Below, one piece after another: positions 36,309-44,978 of a stretch of DNA of 64,000 nt. Within the stretch, counting starts at the first letter, position 1, and the number at the start of each line of letters is the position of its first letter. Location of the stretch: contig JAEDIE010000003.1 of NCBI GenBank assembly GCA_016296775.1, forward strand, positions 127-64,126, given 5' to 3'. Under the pieces are notes generated by a model. It saw only the letters and a list, made by a program, of their open reading frames with translations, was not told the origin of the DNA and ran no database searches. This DNA is from Bacilli bacterium. Lineage in GTDB: Bacteria > Bacillota_I > Bacilli_A > RFN20 > CAG-826. The position numbers and the translations under genes are program-made.

Positions 36309-37247
36309 TTTGTCGTTTACTGTTTCTTTAATTGCACTAGCTAAAGAAGTTACATTAGCTAAATTTGAAGGAACAATAAGTTTGGTGGCATTACCATTAG
36401 CGACTTTTTCTAATGCTTCATATGATTTTAAAGTTAAAACTTTTTCATCAATTTGGGCATCTTTTAAAAGTTGTAAACCTTTACTTTCAGCTTCTCTAAT
36501 TAACATTTCACCTTCAGCTTCTGCTCTTTTAATTTTAAGAATTGATTCAGCTTCAGCTTCTGCAGCTTTTATTTTAGATTGTTTATCGGCTTCAGCGTTT
36601 AAAATAATTGATTCTTTTCTACCTTCAGCGATGAGAATTTGAGAATTTTTTTCACCTTCAGCAAGAAGAATTTTTTCTCTTTTTTCTCTTTCAGCTCTCA
36701 TTTGTCTTTCCATAGCGTCTCTAATATCTTTTGGAGGAAGAATGTTTTTAACTTCAACACGATTGACTTTGATTCCCCACGGATCTGTAGCTTCATCAAG
36801 AATTGATCTCATTTTTGAGTTAATGATATCTCTTGAAGTGAGTGTATCATCTAAATCTAATTCACCAATTATATTTCTTAACGTTGTGCTAGAAAGATTT
36901 TCTAATGCCGTAATTGGATCTTCAACACCATAAGTGAATAATTTTGGATCTGTTACTTGAAAGAAGACAATTGTATCAATTTGCATTGTTACGTTATCTT
37001 TTGTAATGACTGGTTGAGGTGGGAAGTCTCTAATTTGTTCCTTCATTGAAACGACTTTTGCAACTCTATCAAAGAATGGGATCAAATAGTGGATTCCTAC
37101 TCCCCAGGTATACTTATAAGCTCCAAGTCTTTCAATAATATATTTATTTGTTTGTTTAACAATTCTAATTCCACTAGCAAAAATAATGATTATTACTAAG
37201 GCTAAAATTGAAAATACAACGATTAAAATGATATCTACTTTTGTCAT
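36306..37247 (-). CDS. SPFH/band 7 (stomatin/prohibitin-like) membrane protein
   Basis: N-terminal TM helix. VKQTNKYIIERLG..., DTIVFFQVTDP, and RAEREKREKILLAEGEK coiled-coil repeats typical of SPFH proteins. Confidence 0.9.
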   Translation of the reverse strand: MTKVDIILIVVFSILALVIIIIFASGIRIVKQTNKYIIERLGAYKYTWGVGIHYLIPFFDRVAKVVSMKEQIRDFPPQPVITKDNVTMQIDTIVFFQVTDPKLFTYGVEDPITALENLSSTTLRNIIGELDLDDTLTSRDIINSKMRSILDEATDPWGIKVNRVEVKNILPPKDIRDAMERQMRAEREKREKILLAEGEKNSQILIAEGRKESIILNAEADKQSKIKAAEAEAESILKIKRAEAEGEMLIREAESKGLQLLKDAQIDEKVLTLKSYEALEKVANGNATKLIVPSNLANVTSLASAIKETVNDK

Positions 37248-37249
37248 AA

Positions 37250-37702
37250 TTAATTCTCCTTTTTATCTTCTACAACAATTAGCTTGTTGCCGTTTATATT
37301 TTTAACAACGACTCTACTTCCTTGTTTAATAGTGGTGTTATTGATGCTTAAAGCATTCCATAAGACACCATTAATTTTTACTATACCCATATCAAGGTCG
37401 GTTATTTCTTTTTCTACAATTCCTTTTCTTCCAACTATCTCATCTATATTAGAATTAAGTAAATTTCTATTGAGCAATTTTTTAACTAAAGGTCTTAGGC
37501 AAAGTAGTAGAGTGATGGAAATAACTACAAATACGATAATAGGTATATAAAACGGAACATCTGGTATAGCTGCTATTATTAAAGCAATTAAACTTCCTGC
37601 ACTAAACCAAATTGAAACAAGTTCAGTAGTGCAAGCTTCAATAATAATAGTGGCTACAAACACTACAAGCCAAACAACTATCATTGAAATATAAAGTTCC
37701 AT
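37250..37702 (-). CDS. NfeD family membrane protein
   Basis: Three N-terminal TM helices plus a C-terminal OB-fold pattern (GRKGIV...G.VKINGVLW.A.....I..G..V.V). Directly upstream of the SPFH gene. Confidence 0.85.
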   Translation of the reverse strand: MELYISMIVVWLVVFVATIIIEACTTELVSIWFSAGSLIALIIAAIPDVPFYIPIIVFVVISITLLLCLRPLVKKLLNRNLLNSNIDEIVGRKGIVEKEITDLDMGIVKINGVLWNALSINNTTIKQGSRVVVKNINGNKLIVVEDKKEN

Positions 37703-37704
37703 AT

Positions 37705-38073
37705 TTATACCTCCTTATTTAAATCGATTAAAAGTAAGTTATCGCCTTCAACATACTTAGTTTTAAATTTCTTTGGATTCGAATTAAATGTTAGATCAAA
37801 TGTGCTTTCTACCATTTTGATTAACTCTGAATTAGATATACGAGCATATGTTGGTCCATAAGTTATGTTTAATAATAAGTTTTTATCTACAAAATCAATA
37901 TCATTCAGTTGAACTGGTTTTATAACGATACATCTTTCATCTAAAGACATACCAACTTGAACATATTCAGCATTATCTAAATTTATAGATCCAACCTTAT
38001 TAATAGTAATATTGGTGCTATAAATACTAGCAATTCCATCTTTTAAAGCTTTGTTAAACCATTTAATTTCCAT
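37705..38073 (-). CDS. Hypothetical cytoplasmic protein (122 aa), first gene of the NfeD-SPFH operon
   Basis: GGAGG RBS and a 2-nt gap to nfeD. No secure motif (faint AbrB/SpoVT-like beta pattern). Confidence 0.55.
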   Translation of the reverse strand: MEIKWFNKALKDGIASIYSTNITINKVGSINLDNAEYVQVGMSLDERCIVIKPVQLNDIDFVDKNLLLNITYGPTYARISNSELIKMVESTFDLTFNSNPKKFKTKYVEGDNLLLIDLNKEV

Positions 38074-38117
38074 AATTCGTCCTCCAAGTAATTATATCTT
38101 AACAATTAATTTTAATT

Positions 38118-38169
38118 AATTCAAGAAAATTCAATAAAATACAAAATAATTCATTTAAAATTAAATTCA
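38118..38169. promoter_or_regulatory. Four direct AATTCA repeats (starts at 38118, 38128, 38148, 38164) in the divergent promoter region of the response regulator gene
   Basis: Three copies are phased at multiples of 10 bp. The 10-mer AAATTCAATA occurs twice (38127, 38163). I expect about 0.15 chance AATTCA hits in 200 bp at this base composition. Confidence 0.35.
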
Positions 38170-38269
38170 ATATTGAAGTATTTTTTGATTTAAGAATTAA
38201 AAATGATATTAAAATTATATTAAAAAAATAGTATTAAAACGAATTGTCGTTATGATATAATTTTATAGT

Positions 38270-38965
38270 ATGAGTAACACTATTAATTCAAAAAATGTTC
38301 TTGTTTGCCAAGAAGACAAGTCTAAACTTACAGAAATTAGAAATGCGTTAAAAGCAATTGGATGCAATGTCATCACTTGTTCAACATGTAGAGAAGCTAT
38401 GGATACATGTATTAAATCTTTAATTGATTTATTAATTCTTGATTTAAATTTACCAGATGGAAATGGTATGACAGTCATTGATTTTATTAGATCATTTAAT
38501 AATAAGCTTCCAATTGTTGTAGTAACAAGTAGAAGTAATATTGAATCTAAAGTAATGGCTTTTGAAGCAGGTGCAAATGATTATGTTACAAAACCTTTTA
38601 ATATGCTTGAATTAATAGCTAGAGTTAAAAATCAATTCAGATATTTAGCTGTAGAAGATAAACACGTTTTAACTAATGGACCATTAGTTATTGATTACGA
38701 TGCCAAAACAGTTTTTGTAAATGGAGTAGAAGTCCATTTCACTAATTTTGAATACAAAATTGTCGTTTTATTAGCCCAAAATATTGATAAAACATTAAGC
38801 CATGATTATATTATCTCTCATATTTGGGGAGAAAATGGTCAAGATCCAAATGGATTAAGAGTCTTTATGGCTGGAATTAGAAAGAAAATTAATAAAGATC
38901 CAAGAAGTAGTAAAGTATTAAGAACTGATGTTGGCTTAGGATACAGAATGAACTCTGTAGATTAA
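38270..38965 (+). CDS. OmpR/PhoB-family response regulator (KdpE-like), no cognate kinase adjacent
   Basis: Intact receiver residues (QED, LLILDLNLPDGNG, VVVTSRS, YVTKPF). Winged-helix output with LRVFMAGIRKKI...DVGLGYRM, similar to KdpE. Confidence 0.9.
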   Translation: MSNTINSKNVLVCQEDKSKLTEIRNALKAIGCNVITCSTCREAMDTCIKSLIDLLILDLNLPDGNGMTVIDFIRSFNNKLPIVVVTSRSNIESKVMAFEAGANDYVTKPFNMLELIARVKNQFRYLAVEDKHVLTNGPLVIDYDAKTVFVNGVEVHFTNFEYKIVVLLAQNIDKTLSHDYIISHIWGENGQDPNGLRVFMAGIRKKINKDPRSSKVLRTDVGLGYRMNSVD

Positions 38966-38968
38966 TAT

Positions 38969-39397
38969 ATGCAAAAATTTGTTGCAAAAGTACTTGTTTT
39001 GCTTAGTATTTTAGCGAATTTTATAATCTTTTTAATAACGATTGTTTCAATTATTTTTATTGCATTATCAACTAATGCAATTCAAGAATTTCAGTACTAT
39101 ATTCATAATCCATTAACTTGGGCAGGAACAATATTTACTGTAGTATCTATCATATATTCCTTAATAATATCTATTATTGCAACGATAGATTTAATAAAAG
39201 GGAAAGATATGAGAAATGTTACTTACAACTATCTAGCTTTATTTCCTATTTTGATAGCAAGTGGAATAACAGTATTTGGATTCTTATCTTTAAGTAATAT
39301 ATACTTTGAATTCTATACAGGAATTTATATAGCAACAGTTATATTAAATTTCTTATTATTCTTATCAACTTTATTAATAAATAAGAAAAGATTATAG
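38969..39397 (+). CDS. Hypothetical 4-TM membrane protein
   Basis: Four hydrophobic segments. A 3-nt gap after the response regulator gene suggests co-transcription. Confidence 0.6.
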   Translation: MQKFVAKVLVLLSILANFIIFLITIVSIIFIALSTNAIQEFQYYIHNPLTWAGTIFTVVSIIYSLIISIIATIDLIKGKDMRNVTYNYLALFPILIASGITVFGFLSLSNIYFEFYTGIYIATVILNFLLFLSTLLINKKRL

Positions 39398-39405
39398 ATA
39401 AAAAT

Positions 39406-39437
39406 AAATATGAGCAAATAGCTCATATTTTTATTTG
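39406..39437 (+). terminator. Rho-independent terminator
   Basis: AAATATGAGC / GCTCATATTT stem followed by TTATTT. Confidence 0.65.
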
Positions 39438-39463
39438 CATATATTTATTTAATTTGGTAAAAT
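39435..39463 (+). promoter_or_regulatory. Sigma-A-type promoter for rex-adhE (TTGCAT - 17 nt - TGgTAAAAT extended -10)
   Basis: The -35 TTGCAT is at 39435..39440. The spacer is 17 nt. The -10 TAAAAT is at 39458..39463 and is preceded by TGG. Confidence 0.45.
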
Positions 39464-39465
39464 AA

Positions 39466-39487
39466 ATTCAGTAAAAAAATACTGAAT
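39466..39487. promoter_or_regulatory. Perfect inverted repeat ATTCAGTA-N6-TACTGAAT just downstream of the -10 (candidate operator)
   Basis: 8-bp perfect arms with an A6 spacer, between the promoter and the rex RBS. It does not match the classical Rex box TTGTGAA-N4-TTCACAA. Confidence 0.3.
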
Positions 39488-39496
39488 AGGATTTTT

Positions 39497-40156
39497 ATGG
39501 AAAGAGAAATTAAGTTAACAAAGAACCAATTAGCTAGATTACCAGAGTATCTAACTTTCTTCAAAAAGTGTTTAGATACTCGTTTAAAGTACATTAATTC
39601 TAGTATGATTGCTTCAGCTTTATGTTTTAGTGAGGAGCAAGTTAGAAAAGATATTCAAGTTATATCTTCAGTTAATGGAATTCCAAATCGAGGGAGAGAA
39701 ATTACCAAATTAATTGCAGATATTGAAAGGGTGTTAGGATTTAAAAATACAAATAATGCTGTAATTGTAGGATGTGGTCACTTAGGTCTCGCCCTATTTA
39801 ATTACAACGGATTTACTGAGTATGGAATTAAAATTGTTGGTGGATTTGATAATGACCCAAATGTTATTGGAAAAGAATTTGGAGATAGAAAGATTTACGA
39901 TGTCCATAGAATGTTAGGTAAAATTAATGAATTACATGCTTTAATTGGAATTATTACTGTTCCAGGTGAAGCTGCTCAAAGTATTGCTGATGATTTAATT
40001 AATTGTGGAATTGAAGCAATTTGGAATTTCTCAGGAACTAAATTAAATGTTCCAAGCAATATTATTGTTTCAGATGTTAATATGGCTATTTCTTTAAGCG
40101 AATTAAGCCATAAATTATATATGCAAAAGTTAAAGGAGAACTCAAATGGAAAATGA
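39497..40156 (+). CDS. rex: Redox-sensing transcriptional repressor Rex
   Basis: N-terminal winged helix (RLPEYL.F...), Rossmann GCGHLGLAL, and a typical length of about 215 aa. Confidence 0.9.
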   Translation: MEREIKLTKNQLARLPEYLTFFKKCLDTRLKYINSSMIASALCFSEEQVRKDIQVISSVNGIPNRGREITKLIADIERVLGFKNTNNAVIVGCGHLGLALFNYNGFTEYGIKIVGGFDNDPNVIGKEFGDRKIYDVHRMLGKINELHALIGIITVPGEAAQSIADDLINCGIEAIWNFSGTKLNVPSNIIVSDVNMAISLSELSHKLYMQKLKENSNGK

Positions 40157-42761
40157 AATTTACCCAAAAGAAGTATTAGAAGAAATTAATACTCTCGTAA
40201 ACAAAGGTTTAAAATGCTTAGACGAATTTAGAGCTTTAAATCAAGAACAAGTTGATTATATTGTTGCTAAAGTAAGCTGTGCTGTTTTAGACCATCACGA
40301 ATATTTAGCTCGTATTGCTAAAGAAGAAACAGGTAGAGGTGTTTTTGAAGATAAATGTACTAAAAACTTATTTGCTTGCGAATATGTTGTTAATAACATG
40401 AGACATCTTAAAACTTGTGGAATTATTAGCGATGATCCTATAACTGGTGTTACTGAAGTAGCTGATCCTCTTGGTGTTATTTGTGGTGTTACACCTGTTA
40501 CTAATCCAACTTCAACAGTTATTTTTAAATCATTAATCGCTTTAAAAACAAGAAACCCTATTATTTTTGGTTTCCATCCAAATGCCCAAAAATGTTGTGT
40601 AGAAACAGCTAAAATTATCGAAGATGCCGCTGTTAAAGCTGGAGCTCCAAGAAATTGTGTTCAATTTATCGCTCACCCTTCTCTTGATGCTACAAAATGT
40701 TTAATGCATCATAAAGACGTTGCTACAATTTTAGCAACTGGCGGAAACGCTATGGTTACAGAAGCTTATAGCTGTGGTAAACCAGCTTTAGGTGTTGGTG
40801 CTGGTAATGTTCCTGCATATGTTGAAAAGAGCGCTAATGTTTTACAAGCTGCAAACGATATTTTAATGTCAAAAGCTTTTGATAATGGTATGGTTTGTGC
40901 TAGTGAACAAGCAGCTATTGTTGATAAAGAAATATATAAAGAATTTAAAGAAGGTTTAAAGAAATATGGTGCTTATTTCTGTAATGAAGAAGAAAAAGCA
41001 ATGCTTGAAAAATATATGTTTAGACCTACAAAAGATGGAAAAGGAACTGCTCTTTTTGCAGGAGTAGTTGGACATCCAGCTTATGAAATTGCAAAAAATG
41101 CTGGTTTCGAAGTTCCTGAAAAAACTCCTATTTTAGTAGTTGAATGTTCACATTGTGGAATGGATGAAACATTAACAAGAGAAAAATTATCACCAGTTTT
41201 AGCCCTTGTAAAAGTAAAAGATTATAAAGAAGGTTTTGCTGAAGCTGAAAAAATGGTTGAAGAAGGTGGTTTAGGTCATAGTGCTTGTATCCATACAAGA
41301 AATAAGGAATTAGCTGATGAATTTGGTGTTAGATTAAAAGCTTGTAGAATCATATGGAATTCTCCAACATCTTTTGGCGGAATTGGAAATATTTATAACT
41401 CATTTATTCCTTCGATGACTCTTGGTTGTGGTAGTTATGGTCATAACTCAGTCAGTGGAAACGTCGGTGCTGTTAATTTAATTAATATTAAGAGAATTGG
41501 AAAAAGGAGAAATAATATGCAATGGTTTAAACTTCCAAGCAAAATTTATTTTGAAAGAAATAGTATTCAATATTTAATTGATTGTAAAGATATTTCTAAA
41601 GTATTTATTGTTACTGATAAATCAATGGTTGAACTTGGATTTATGAATAAAATCGTTGATCAACTTAAAGCTAGAAGAAGCGAAGTAACTATTCAATTAT
41701 TCACCGATGTTGAACCAGATCCAGATATTTCAACAGTTAAAAAAGGTGCTTCATTAATGGAAAGCTTTAAACCTGATACAATTATTGCTTTAGGTGGTGG
41801 AAGTGTCATGGATGCTGCAAAAGGTATGTGGTTATTCTATGAAAATCCAACAGTTAACTTCGATGATTTAAAACAAAAATTCATGGATATTAGAAAGAGA
41901 GCTTTCAAATTCCCTCAATTAGGTAAGAAAACAAAATTAATTTGTATTCCAACAACAAGTGGAACGGGTAGTGAAGTTACTCCATTTGCTGTTATTAGCG
42001 ATAGAGAACATCAAAAGAAATATCCTTTAACAGATTATTCATTAACTCCAACAATCGCTATTATCGATCCTGAATTTACTACTAATTTACCAGCTAGTGT
42101 TACTGCAGATACTGGTCTTGACGTCTTATGTCATGCTGTTGAAGCTTATGTTTCTATGTTAGCTAGTGATTATACTGATGGTCTTGCAATTCATGCTGTT
42201 GAATTAGTATTTGAATATTTAGAAAAGACTGTTAAAGATGGAAAACATGAACTTGAAGCTAGAGAAAAAATGCATAATGCTGCAACAATTGCAGGTATGG
42301 CATTTGCTAATGCTTTCTTAGGTATGTGTCACGCTATGGCTCATAAAGTTGGTGGATACTATCATATTCCTCATGGAAGAATTATTGGTATCTTACTTCC
42401 ATATGTCATTAGATATAATGGTGAAATCCCACAAAAATTAGCTACATGGCCAAAATACAATGTTTATGATGCTGATAAACGTTACACTAAACTTGCTAGA
42501 TTAATCGGATTAAATCCAAAGAACGAAAAAGAAGGTGTTGAGTTATTTGCTAAAGCTTGCTACGACTTATCAGTTAATATTGGTGTAAAGCCTTCATTTA
42601 AAGAACAAGGTGTTGATGAAGCTGACTTCATGAAGAATGTTGAAGAAATTGCTTATGCAGCATATGAAGATCAATGTACACCAGCTAACCCACGTATTCC
42701 TCTTGTAGAAGATATGATTAAGATTCTTAAAGATGCATACTATGGAAATTTTAATAAATAA
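40146..42761 (+). CDS. adhE: Bifunctional acetaldehyde-CoA / alcohol dehydrogenase
   Basis: 871 aa. N-terminal ALDH domain (catalytic NGMVCASEQ) and a C-terminal iron-ADH domain (GGGSVMDAAK, and the HA.AH..GG..H.PHG pattern in CHAMAHKVGGYYHIPHG). AAGGAG RBS. Overlaps the rex 3' end by 11 nt. Confidence 0.95.
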   Translation: MENEIYPKEVLEEINTLVNKGLKCLDEFRALNQEQVDYIVAKVSCAVLDHHEYLARIAKEETGRGVFEDKCTKNLFACEYVVNNMRHLKTCGIISDDPITGVTEVADPLGVICGVTPVTNPTSTVIFKSLIALKTRNPIIFGFHPNAQKCCVETAKIIEDAAVKAGAPRNCVQFIAHPSLDATKCLMHHKDVATILATGGNAMVTEAYSCGKPALGVGAGNVPAYVEKSANVLQAANDILMSKAFDNGMVCASEQAAIVDKEIYKEFKEGLKKYGAYFCNEEEKAMLEKYMFRPTKDGKGTALFAGVVGHPAYEIAKNAGFEVPEKTPILVVECSHCGMDETLTREKLSPVLALVKVKDYKEGFAEAEKMVEEGGLGHSACIHTRNKELADEFGVRLKACRIIWNSPTSFGGIGNIYNSFIPSMTLGCGSYGHNSVSGNVGAVNLINIKRIGKRRNNMQWFKLPSKIYFERNSIQYLIDCKDISKVFIVTDKSMVELGFMNKIVDQLKARRSEVTIQLFTDVEPDPDISTVKKGASLMESFKPDTIIALGGGSVMDAAKGMWLFYENPTVNFDDLKQKFMDIRKRAFKFPQLGKKTKLICIPTTSGTGSEVTPFAVISDREHQKKYPLTDYSLTPTIAIIDPEFTTNLPASVTADTGLDVLCHAVEAYVSMLASDYTDGLAIHAVELVFEYLEKTVKDGKHELEAREKMHNAATIAGMAFANAFLGMCHAMAHKVGGYYHIPHGRIIGILLPYVIRYNGEIPQKLATWPKYNVYDADKRYTKLARLIGLNPKNEKEGVELFAKACYDLSVNIGVKPSFKEQGVDEADFMKNVEEIAYAAYEDQCTPANPRIPLVEDMIKILKDAYYGNFNK

Positions 42762-42770
42762 GTAAAAAAT

Positions 42771-42794
42771 AAAAGGGGTATCAACCCCTTTTAA
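42771..42794 (+). terminator. Rho-independent terminator after adhE
   Basis: AAAAGGGGT atca ACCCCTTTT. Confidence 0.75.
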
Positions 42795-42800
42795 AATTAA

Positions 42801-42820
42801 AAAAATACATTATTTCCCAC
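42801..42820 (-). repeat. Dispersed motif copy D (minus strand GTGGGAAATAATGTATTTTT)
   Basis: Immediately 3' of the hairpin CCACTT...AAGTGG (42815..42840), downstream of the minus-strand gene 42852..43430. Matches the copy A core at 17 of 21 positions. Confidence 0.4.
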
Positions 42821-42851
42821 TTCTTTTTAAAAATAAGTGGCGAATATATAA

Positions 42852-43430
42852 CTAAATATCTAATAGTTTTTTATTTCTAATGATGAAGTAAATTCCTAAT
42901 CCAAGTAAAACTACAGCAACAGCTAGAACACTAGCTATAATAAAATTCATGTAGTTAAAAGTATTACTATTAACTGCATCATAAATTGATACGGTTATTG
43001 CGCTTGAAAATATGATTGTTCCATAAACTACACTTGATATAAAGAATACGTAGCCAAGAATTTTATTCTTTAAAAATAAGAATACAAAACCTGTTAAAAT
43101 CATTAATAACATGCTTAGTTTTGTAAATATAGAAAATATTCCTGTGACTGTTTCGTTGATAAAATTAACACTATAATTCCCAAATAAAATAAGAATTAGT
43201 ACAGAAGGAGCAAATACTCTAATTGTTAAACTATAGTTTTTAATTCCAAATAAGAATATAAAATAAAAAGCAATTATTACTAACGCAACGAATAAACCAA
43301 CTAAAAATTCAAAGATATTAGTAGATGGACTAGGAATTCCTCCATCAATAATGAATTTAATTAACAACAATAAACCACCAAGAAATAAGAACAATGTAGA
43401 AAGATTAAATTTTTTCTTTTCTTTAGCCAT
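42852..43430 (-). CDS. Hypothetical polytopic membrane protein (about 6 TM)
   Basis: Six hydrophobic segments. AAGGAGG RBS. No motif recognised. Confidence 0.6.
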   Translation of the reverse strand: MAKEKKKFNLSTLFLFLGGLLLLIKFIIDGGIPSPSTNIFEFLVGLFVALVIIAFYFIFLFGIKNYSLTIRVFAPSVLILILFGNYSVNFINETVTGIFSIFTKLSMLLMILTGFVFLFLKNKILGYVFFISSVVYGTIIFSSAITVSIYDAVNSNTFNYMNFIIASVLAVAVVLLGLGIYFIIRNKKLLDI

Positions 43431-43558
43431 ATTTAAAGCCTCCTTGTTTAATAATTTTAATTATTTTAAGAAGGCAAAACAATATAAATTATAAACAATA
43501 AAAGAAATGAAATTTAAGTATATTAAATATATAATATTTAAGTAATAGGGGGAAAAAT

Positions 43559-44977
43559 ATGCCTAAGTTTGATACAAGAGTACAAGAATTAAGATATAGA
43601 GTTTTAAAAGAAGTAGCAAAACATATATATAATGACGATTTAGTTAAATATTTTTATGATATTCCTAAGACTATTATTCCTGGACCAAAACCTTCTATGC
43701 GTTGTTGTATTTATAAAGAAAGAGCTATCGTTCAAGAAAGAATCAAGGTAGTCTTAAATGCTTCAACTAAAAATAAAGAAAATGTTATTAAAGTTATTGA
43801 TATTGCATGTGATGAATGCCCATTAGGTGGATATATTGTTACTGATGCTTGTAGAGGGTGTATCGCTCATAGGTGTAGTGAATCTTGCCCTAAAAAAGCT
43901 ATTAGTTTTACTAATGATTTAACTGCAGTTATTGATAAATCAAATTGTATTAACTGTGGTTTATGTGCAAAAGCTTGTCCGTATAGTGCAATTGAAAATA
44001 GAATTAGACCTTGTGAAAGAATTTGTAAAAACAAGTGTATTAGCCCTGACCCATTAACAAATGCTGCAAAAATTAATGATGAAAAATGTATTCATTGTGG
44101 TAGTTGTGTATATATGTGTCCTTTTGGAGCAATTGTTGATGAATCATATATCATTGATGTAATTAACATATTAAAATCAAGTGACAAAAAAGTTGCTATT
44201 GTAGCTCCTTCAATTGGTGGAAATTTCACTGAATTTGGAGTTAAAAAAGTCATTAGTGCATTAAAAGAGTTAGGATTTGATATGGTTATTGAAGCTGCTC
44301 TTGGAGCAGATATTGTAGCTGAACATGAAAGTAAAGAGCTTGTTGAAACAGGAAAATTAACTTCATCATGTTGCCCATCTTTTACTTCTTTTATCGAAAA
44401 GAATTATCCAACATTGAAAGATAAAATTTCTAATAGTCTTTCTCCAATGGCAACAATTGCTAAAAAAATTAAAGAAAAAGAACCTACATCTAAAGTTATA
44501 TTCATCGGTCCATGTACTGCTAAAAAGTATGAAATTAAAGATGAAAGAGTTAGTAAATACGTAGATAGTTGCTTAACTTTTGAAGAACTTCAAGCTTTAT
44601 TTGATGCTAGAGAAATCGACATTTCCTCATTAGAAGAATCTGATTTTAATTTAAGTGGATCATATTTTGGAAGAGGATTTGCTAAATGTGGTGGTTTAAC
44701 TAGCGCAGTTAAACAATCTTTAGAAGAAGAAAATATTGATTTTGAAGTTAATGGTGTTGTTTGTAGTGGTATCAAAGAAATTAAAGCTGCTTTAAACGAT
44801 ATGAAAAATAATAAAGGAAATACTAATTTTATTGAGGGTATGATGTGCGATGGAGGATGTATTGGTGGTCCGTGTAATTTAACTCATGAAATTAAGAATA
44901 AAATCTTTTTAGATAAATATGCTAATACTGCAAATAAATCCATCAAAGGAACAATTAAAAACGAAGAAGGTAAATAA
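43559..44977 (+). CDS. [FeFe] hydrogenase (monomeric, group B-like) with ferredoxin-type 4Fe-4S domains
   Basis: CINCGLCAKACP and CIHCGSCVYMCP clusters. H-cluster motifs TSSCCPSF (L1), GPCTAKKYE (L2) and MMCDGGCIGGP (L3). The N-terminal RCCIYKERAI motif is typical of this subgroup. Confidence 0.85.
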   Translation: MPKFDTRVQELRYRVLKEVAKHIYNDDLVKYFYDIPKTIIPGPKPSMRCCIYKERAIVQERIKVVLNASTKNKENVIKVIDIACDECPLGGYIVTDACRGCIAHRCSESCPKKAISFTNDLTAVIDKSNCINCGLCAKACPYSAIENRIRPCERICKNKCISPDPLTNAAKINDEKCIHCGSCVYMCPFGAIVDESYIIDVINILKSSDKKVAIVAPSIGGNFTEFGVKKVISALKELGFDMVIEAALGADIVAEHESKELVETGKLTSSCCPSFTSFIEKNYPTLKDKISNSLSPMATIAKKIKEKEPTSKVIFIGPCTAKKYEIKDERVSKYVDSCLTFEELQALFDAREIDISSLEESDFNLSGSYFGRGFAKCGGLTSAVKQSLEEENIDFEVNGVVCSGIKEIKAALNDMKNNKGNTNFIEGMMCDGGCIGGPCNLTHEIKNKIFLDKYANTANKSIKGTIKNEEGK

Positions 44978-44978
44978 A

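Noticed and set aside
36310-37550. Plus-strand ORFs 36310..36642, 36742..36933 and 37284..37550, opposite the SPFH/NfeD genes
   Set aside because: The minus-strand genes have strong family motifs. The plus-strand products are low-complexity S/A/L/I-rich.
38263-38478. Antisense ORFs 38263..38478, 39976..40167, 44590..44775, 58308..58598 and 62966..63226
   Set aside because: Each is opposite a confidently identified gene (response regulator, rex, hydrogenase, ligA, gatB). None has an RBS.
44919-44978. Long N-terminal extensions given by the ORF track (44919 for speB, 45844 for ung, 50936 for tsaB, 20597 for hpt, 22104 for the flavoprotein, 28713 and 48791)
   Set aside because: In each case an internal ATG has a properly spaced purine-rich RBS and lies 1-2 nt after the preceding stop. 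The extension would overlap the upstream gene or the RBS itself.
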